From positions 14,061-34,147 of the forward strand of contig DXYV01000031.1 of the NCBI GenBank assembly GCA_019415645.1: a stretch of DNA of 20,087 nt. The letters are read 5' to 3'. This stretch comes from Clostridiales bacterium (lineage in GTDB: Bacteria > Bacillota > Clostridia > Oscillospirales > Oscillospiraceae). The notes beneath the pieces were generated by a model. The model saw only the letters and a list, made by a program, of their open reading frames with translations. It had not been told where the DNA came from and ran no database searches. The position numbers were made by a program, and so were the translations under genes. Of this stretch, positions 15,135 through 20,087 are shown piece after piece (position 1 is the stretch's first letter; every line of letters begins with the position of its first letter).

Positions 15135-16559
15135 TTACGCCCGGGGTTCCTCCGTCTTGGCTTCTACCGGGGCGGCCTCGCCCTTGGGCGCTTCGGCGGG
15201 TTCTTCCGCCTTCTTCTTGCCCAGCAGAGCGGGCAGCTCCATGCAGGCCATCTCGAACATCTCGCTCATGGGCGGAATGGACTTCATCAGGCCGGAGATA
15301 TAGCCGGCCGTGCCGGTCTTGCCGTCCTGGCCCTGGCCGCCGTCCCAGACGGTGACCTTGTCGATCTTCACGTTCTTGATGGCGTCCACCTGGATGCGCA
15401 TGAGCTGTTCCATCTTGTCCGCCAGCATCAGGCTCACGGCGCTGGCCGGGTCGCCGCCGGCGGCGGCCACCACCTCGCGCAGACCCTCGGCCTGCTTGGT
15501 CAGCACGGCCTGGGCGCCCTCGGCCTCGGCCTCCATCTTCAGGCGGATGGCGTCGGCTTCGCCCTTGGCCTTCCGGCGGATCTGCTCGGCTTCGGCCTCA
15601 GCCTCCAGCTCCTTGCGGCGCTTGTCGATCTCGGTCTTGACGATAACGTCGGCCTCGGCGGTGGCCTTTTCACGGGCGGCACGGGCGGACTCGGCCTTCT
15701 CCTGGGCGGCGTAGGCCTCTTCCAGTGCCTGAGCCTCGGCGATCTTCTCGGCGGAGGTGGCGATGCGGGTGGCCTCGGCCTCCTTCTCGCGGCGGGCGGC
15801 GTTGGACATGGCCACTTCCACCTTGGCCGCGTTCTCGCCCTTGATGGCCTCGGAGTCGGCCTGCGCCACCTGGACGCGCTGGTCGCGGTGGGCGTTGGCC
15901 TCGCCGATGGAGCCGTCGCGGTTGCGCTCGGCCACGTTCTTCTTGGCGTCGTTGATGGCCTTGGCGGCGGCTTCCTTGCCCAGGGCGTCAATGTAGCCCG
16001 ACTCGTCGGAGATGTCGGTGACGTTCACGTTGATAAGCCGCAGGCCGATCTTCTTCAGCTCGCCCTCTACGTTGCGGGAGACCGCCTCCAGGAACTTGTC
16101 GCGGTCGGTGTTGATCTCCTCGATGTCCATGGTGGCGATGACCAGACGCAGCTGACCAAAGATGATGTCCTTGGCCAGTTCCTGGATCTCACCCAGCTTC
16201 AGGCCCAGCAGGCGCTCGGCGGCGTTCTGCATCACGCCCGGCTCGGTGGAGATGCCCACGGTGAACCGGGAGGGCACATTGATTCGGATGTTCTGCCGGG
16301 ACAGGGCGTTTTCCAGGTCCACGGAGATGGAGATGGGCGTCAGGTCCAGGAACTCATAGGACTGGACCACCGGCCAGATGAAGGCCGCGCCGCCGTGGAT
16401 ACATTTGGCGGACCGGGTGGAACCGTCCTTGTTGTTGCCCACCTTACCGTAGATGACCATGACCCGGTCCGAGGGGCACTTTTTGTAGCGGCCGATGATC
16501 AGAATGATCAGGGAAAACAGCAGTACCGCTACCACACAGCCTAAAATAATGCCTAACAT
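15135..16559 (-). CDS. floT: Flotillin-like SPFH/Band-7 domain protein (FloT/YuaG-type). It has an N-terminal TM helix, an SPFH domain, and an Ala/Glu-rich coiled-coil flotillin repeat region.
   Basis: 'MLGIILGCVVAVLLFSLIILIIGRY' is the anchor. 'RINVPSRFTVGIS...' is the SPFH domain. 'EAEATRIATSAEKIAEAQALEEAYAAQEKAESARAAREKATAEADV...ELEAEAEAEQIRRKAKGEADAIRLKMEAEAEG' are the flotillin EA repeats. It is 474 aa and has an AGGAGG RBS. Confidence 0.9.
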   Translation of the reverse strand: MLGIILGCVVAVLLFSLIILIIGRYKKCPSDRVMVIYGKVGNNKDGSTRSAKCIHGGAAFIWPVVQSYEFLDLTPISISVDLENALSRQNIRINVPSRFTVGISTEPGVMQNAAERLLGLKLGEIQELAKDIIFGQLRLVIATMDIEEINTDRDKFLEAVSRNVEGELKKIGLRLINVNVTDISDESGYIDALGKEAAAKAINDAKKNVAERNRDGSIGEANAHRDQRVQVAQADSEAIKGENAAKVEVAMSNAARREKEAEATRIATSAEKIAEAQALEEAYAAQEKAESARAAREKATAEADVIVKTEIDKRRKELEAEAEAEQIRRKAKGEADAIRLKMEAEAEGAQAVLTKQAEGLREVVAAAGGDPASAVSLMLADKMEQLMRIQVDAIKNVKIDKVTVWDGGQGQDGKTGTAGYISGLMKSIPPMSEMFEMACMELPALLGKKKAEEPAEAPKGEAAPVEAKTEEPRA

Positions 16560-16631
16560 ACGATTTACCTCCTATTATAAAATAGAAATGGGTTCTCTTC
16601 TCTTTGGGGTTTGTTGTTTCCGCCGGTCCGG

Positions 16632-16859
16632 TCACGGGAGGACCAGATCCAGCAGGAGTACCAGGGCGCAGACCCCGCCCAGGATCATGGCGGCGGCACC
16701 CAGCACCTGCGCTGTCACCCGGTATCGCTTCGGCGGTTCCTCCGGCAGATCCAGGTCAAAAAGATTTCGAATCTGCCAGAGCTTCTCCACATTTCGCCGG
16801 ACCAGCCAGCCCGCCAGGGCCACGACCAGGGCCGCTGCGATGCCGACGATCTGATTCAT
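16632..16859 (-). CDS. Small two-TM membrane protein (75 aa) encoded immediately upstream of flotillin. It is hypothetical.
   Basis: The ORF is 'MNQIVGIAAALVVALAGWLVRR...AQVLGAAAMILGGVCALVLLLDLVLP'. An AAAGGAGGG RBS lies 8 nt upstream. The gene is on the same strand as the operon and tightly packed within it. Confidence 0.55.
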   Translation of the reverse strand: MNQIVGIAAALVVALAGWLVRRNVEKLWQIRNLFDLDLPEEPPKRYRVTAQVLGAAAMILGGVCALVLLLDLVLP

Positions 16860-16883
16860 GCCAGGTTCCCTCCTTTCTGCCCC

Positions 16884-17096
16884 TTATCCGCCGCTCAGGA
16901 AGTCCAGAATATCCATGCCCGCGTCGTTTTGGGCCCGGTACAGCTCGGTATAGCCGCAGTAGGTGCAGCTGACCGTGGCGAACTTTTTGTTTTGAATGTC
17001 AAACAGCTTGGCAAAATTTCCTCCGGTGGCCTGGAATTGGTCGCTCTCATAGCGGCGGTTGCCGCATTTCGGACATACATATTGTAATGTCTGCAT
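16884..17096 (-). CDS. Small zinc-ribbon protein of about 70 aa with two CxxC pairs. The start is the ATG at 17096 (protein begins MQTLQYVCPKCGN), which has an AGGAGG RBS.
   Basis: 'YVCPKCGNRRYE...VSCTYCGYTELY' is a C4 zinc-ribbon. The RBS reads 'aacAGGAGGaacgaccgATG'. Confidence 0.65.
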   Translation of the reverse strand: MQTLQYVCPKCGNRRYESDQFQATGGNFAKLFDIQNKKFATVSCTYCGYTELYRAQNDAGMDILDFLSGG

Positions 17097-17139
17097 CGGT
17101 CGTTCCTCCTGTTTTAAGTCTAATGGGTCGATGTGGCCC

Positions 17140-17320
17140 CCTGCGGGTGTGCGAGGGCTCAGCGCTTCTGCGCTGTCACGCTTCGCCTGCGCACAACGCG
17201 GTTCTAAGCCGCTCCGACTGCACAAGCCGGCCTGCGGCCCTTACAGGCCTCCGGTCCGTTTGTTCCGCTCCGCGTCTTAGCCCGCTGTGCGCTACGGCTC
17301 AGCGCTTCTGCGCTTACTTT
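17140..17320. repeat. A third locus of the mosaic repeat family, inserted between the zinc-ribbon gene and the NfeD gene inside the flotillin operon. It contains an S1 tail, S2, an S3-like block and a full S1 that ends at the NfeD stop codon.
   Basis: 'GGCTCAGCGCTTCTGCGCTGTCACGCTTCGCCTG...CGCGG' is the S1 tail plus S2. 'GCCGCTCCGACTGCACAAGCCGGCCTGCGGCCC' is S3-like and can be compared with 96-125. 'GGTCCGTTTGTTCCGCTCCGCGTCTTAGCCCGCTGTGCGCTACGGCTCAGCGCTTCTGCGC' is S1 and can be compared with 1697-1757. Confidence 0.8.
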
Positions 17321-18021
17321 CTGCACACGACCAGAGTGTTTCTGCCCGAGATGCCCACCACCACGATCTCCGTGCCGGTGACCAAATGCTCGGTCTCATC
17401 GGTCACAGCGTCCAGCTCCTGGAGCTGGTCCTGAAAGAGGACCGTGACCTTACCGGCGCCGGCCCGGTTGGCCGGTACGGTCAGATACACCGTACCCGCA
17501 CGACCCAGCGCGTTGCGCAGGTCCATGGTCCCGTCCGACTGCAGGTGCAGCGCCACCCGAAGGAACAGCGCCATCAGCAGCATGGCCCAGAAGCCCATGG
17601 CAATGGCCAGAAATACCGCGAACACCGGGTGCAGGCCCATGTTGAGCAGCCACAGGCCGCCCCATCCGGCCACGGCCAGGAAGGCCACGATCCCCCGCAG
17701 GGTAAACAGCTTGAGTCCGGCAAAGGGCCCCTCATGGTGGAGGGGGGCGTCCGCCGCCTCATGGGACACGGCTCCGTCCCAGTTGCTGTCCCAATCGCCG
17801 TCCAGATCATGATCCACATCCAGATCGGTATCGAAGTCAGCGTCCGCATCGGAATCCAAGTCCAGATCCGCATCCGCATCGCCATCGGTATCGGTCCCTC
17901 CGTCATGGCCCAGACCGAACAGCAGCATCAGCGTCTGCAGAATCAGCAGCAGCGTGGCTGGAAAGGCCACATAGGCAAACAATCGCTCCAGCCAGGTCAG
18001 GGATTCCCACCATGCACTCAT
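17314..18021 (-). CDS. NfeD-like membrane protein. It has N-terminal TM helices, an Asp-rich DxD low-complexity linker, and a C-terminal OB-fold. It is the partner of the SPFH/flotillin protein.
   Basis: The TM segments are 'LFAYVAFPATLLLILQTLMLLFGL' and 'LRGIVAFLAVAGWGGLWLL...FAVFLAIAMGFWAMLLMALFL'. The C-terminal barrel-like region is 'GTVYLTVPANRAGAGKVTVLFQDQLQELDAVTDETEHLVTGTEIVVVGISGRNTLVV'. A GAGGAGG RBS is present. It is co-operonic with flotillin. Confidence 0.75.
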   Translation of the reverse strand: MSAWWESLTWLERLFAYVAFPATLLLILQTLMLLFGLGHDGGTDTDGDADADLDLDSDADADFDTDLDVDHDLDGDWDSNWDGAVSHEAADAPLHHEGPFAGLKLFTLRGIVAFLAVAGWGGLWLLNMGLHPVFAVFLAIAMGFWAMLLMALFLRVALHLQSDGTMDLRNALGRAGTVYLTVPANRAGAGKVTVLFQDQLQELDAVTDETEHLVTGTEIVVVGISGRNTLVVCRK

Positions 18022-18039
18022 ACTCGGTCACCTCCTCTC

Positions 18040-18600
18040 TTATTCATCCAGACTTTTCAGCATCCGCCCCGCCTCAGTCTTGAGACGCGCAGAGGCATAG
18101 GCTGTCACGATCACCTGGAGGCCCCGCCGCACCCGCTCCCGGGCGCCCGGGTAGGGCTCGTCGTAGTCCTCCAGCACCTGGGCGCACCACGCCCGCCACT
18201 GCTCCCGCCCGGCCATGGGGCTGCGCTCGGCCTGAAAGACCAGGCGGGTAATGTATGTGTAAAGGCGCGACTCGTCGATAATATCGTCCGATTCGTCGTC
18301 CAGGTGTCCATTCAAATAGGAAAGCAGGCGCGTGATCTGGTCCAGTCTCAAACAATCTTTGAGCATATTGATCAACGCGATTCGACTGAATTGGTTCCTG
18401 CTGTACCGCTTGTTTCTGGGCGGAGAAACAAACCCCCGCTTGACCCAGTTTTGAATGACGTGAGGCTCCAGCCCGGTGAGCTGGGAGACCTGGGAAAGCA
18501 TCAGCCCCCCCGCGAGAAACAGCGGGGAGAGAAGCGCCTCGGCCGCGTCATTCCGGCTGAGATCCGTTTCCACCGTGGTGCCCGGTAAGGTACCCATCAT
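18040..18600 (-). CDS. Putative helix-turn-helix DNA-binding protein (MerR-like HTH near the N-terminus). It is the first gene of the flotillin/NfeD operon.
   Basis: 'MLSQVSQLTGLEPHVIQNWVKRGFVSPP' resembles a MerR-type HTH. The protein is 186 aa. A GGGAGG RBS lies 8 nt upstream. It ends 18 nt before the NfeD start. Confidence 0.55.
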   Translation of the reverse strand: MMGTLPGTTVETDLSRNDAAEALLSPLFLAGGLMLSQVSQLTGLEPHVIQNWVKRGFVSPPRNKRYSRNQFSRIALINMLKDCLRLDQITRLLSYLNGHLDDESDDIIDESRLYTYITRLVFQAERSPMAGREQWRAWCAQVLEDYDEPYPGARERVRRGLQVIVTAYASARLKTEAGRMLKSLDE

Positions 18601-18632
18601 GGAAATCGCCTCCCTTTCCTTTTGTTGTTTTG

Positions 18633-18699
18633 ATTATATCACACGGTCACTTGACCGTCAATAGGGTTCATTATAATATTTTTGTTATATCAAGTGACC
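18633..18699 (-). promoter_or_regulatory. Promoter TTGACG-17-TATAAT for the HTH-NfeD-flotillin operon. It overlaps a perfect palindrome, ACGGTCA-AG-TGACCGT, at about 18643-18658. A further half-site copy, TCAAGTGACC, is at about 18690-18699.
   Basis: The minus-strand read is 'ctaTTGACGGTCAAGTGACCGTgtgaTATAATcaaaac'. The 7-2-7 inverted repeat spans the -35 element and the spacer. 'GGTCACTTGA' (18646-18655) is the reverse complement of 'TCAAGTGACC' (18690-18699). Confidence 0.6.
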
Positions 18700-18743
18700 T
18701 TTTGTAAAGTTCTCATGTTCCATTTGTACAGACCATGAAAAAC

Positions 18744-18776
18744 CCCGGAGGACATCCGCGTCCTCCGGGGTTCTGC
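18744..18776 (-). terminator. Intrinsic terminator of ftsH
   Basis: On the minus strand the sequence is CCCCGGAGGAC-GCGGAT-GTCCTCCGGGG followed by TTTTTCATGG. It lies about 12 nt after the ftsH stop. Confidence 0.8.
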
Positions 18777-18788
18777 TTGCTATGCGAG

Positions 18789-20087
<1,299 letters not shown>

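Noticed and set aside
17287-18588. A 433-aa plus-strand ORF that is antisense to the NfeD and HTH genes
   Set aside because: It is a His/Gln/Arg/Gly-rich nonsense translation. The minus-strand genes have RBSs, TM/OB-fold architecture and an operon context.
18651-18677. A plus-strand TTGACC-15-TATAAT promoter-like match in the HTH upstream region
   Set aside because: The spacer is only 15 nt, and there is no plus-strand gene downstream before the ftsH terminator. This is probably a chance match within the AT-rich operator/promoter region, although a short antisense or sRNA transcript cannot be excluded.

Overview
This is a high-GC window, apparently from a Firmicutes/Clostridia chromosome. 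My guess is an Oscillospiraceae-type gut anaerobe, based on the gene content (spoIIP, gdpP-rplI-dnaB synteny, flotillin/NfeD), and I hold that guess weakly. Most of the window is housekeeping genes. On the minus strand: the conserved gdpP-rplI-dnaB cluster, spoIIP, azlCD, a flotillin/NfeD membrane-microdomain operon that starts with a small HTH regulator, and the 3' part of ftsH, which runs off the window edge. On the plus strand: ilvE, degV, a GNAT acetyltransferase followed by an SLH-repeat secreted protein, and a diacylglycerol-kinase-family lipid kinase followed by a homocysteine S-methyltransferase-family gene. I found no transposase, integrase, CRISPR array or canonical tRNA/rRNA. The features that do not fit ordinary gene annotation are five. 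(i) A mosaic repeat family of roughly 130-145 bp, made of three recognisable sub-blocks, sits in three separate intergenic sites: after dnaB, in the abnormally long (~480 bp) rplI-dnaB spacer, and inside the flotillin operon. Copies abut stop codons. (ii) A ~300 bp convergent intergenic region at 10042-10349 is packed with seven stem-loops and bounded by two near-identical ~40-nt palindromic repeats. (iii) A lower-GC two-gene islet (a lipoprotein plus a tiny membrane peptide) has its own sigma-A-like promoter and is bracketed by strong hairpins. (iv) A perfect 7-2-7 palindrome (ACGGTCA-N2-TGACCGT) sits in the promoter of the HTH gene that heads the flotillin operon, and its half-site is repeated about 34 bp away. 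(v) The NfeD-like protein carries an unusual Asp-rich DxD repeat linker. CDS coordinates come from the supplied ORF track, with starts re-chosen using RBS evidence. Hand-derived coordinates for promoters and hairpins may be off by 1-2 nt. Because the sequence is so GC-rich, most long ORFs antisense to real genes are spurious, and I rejected them.
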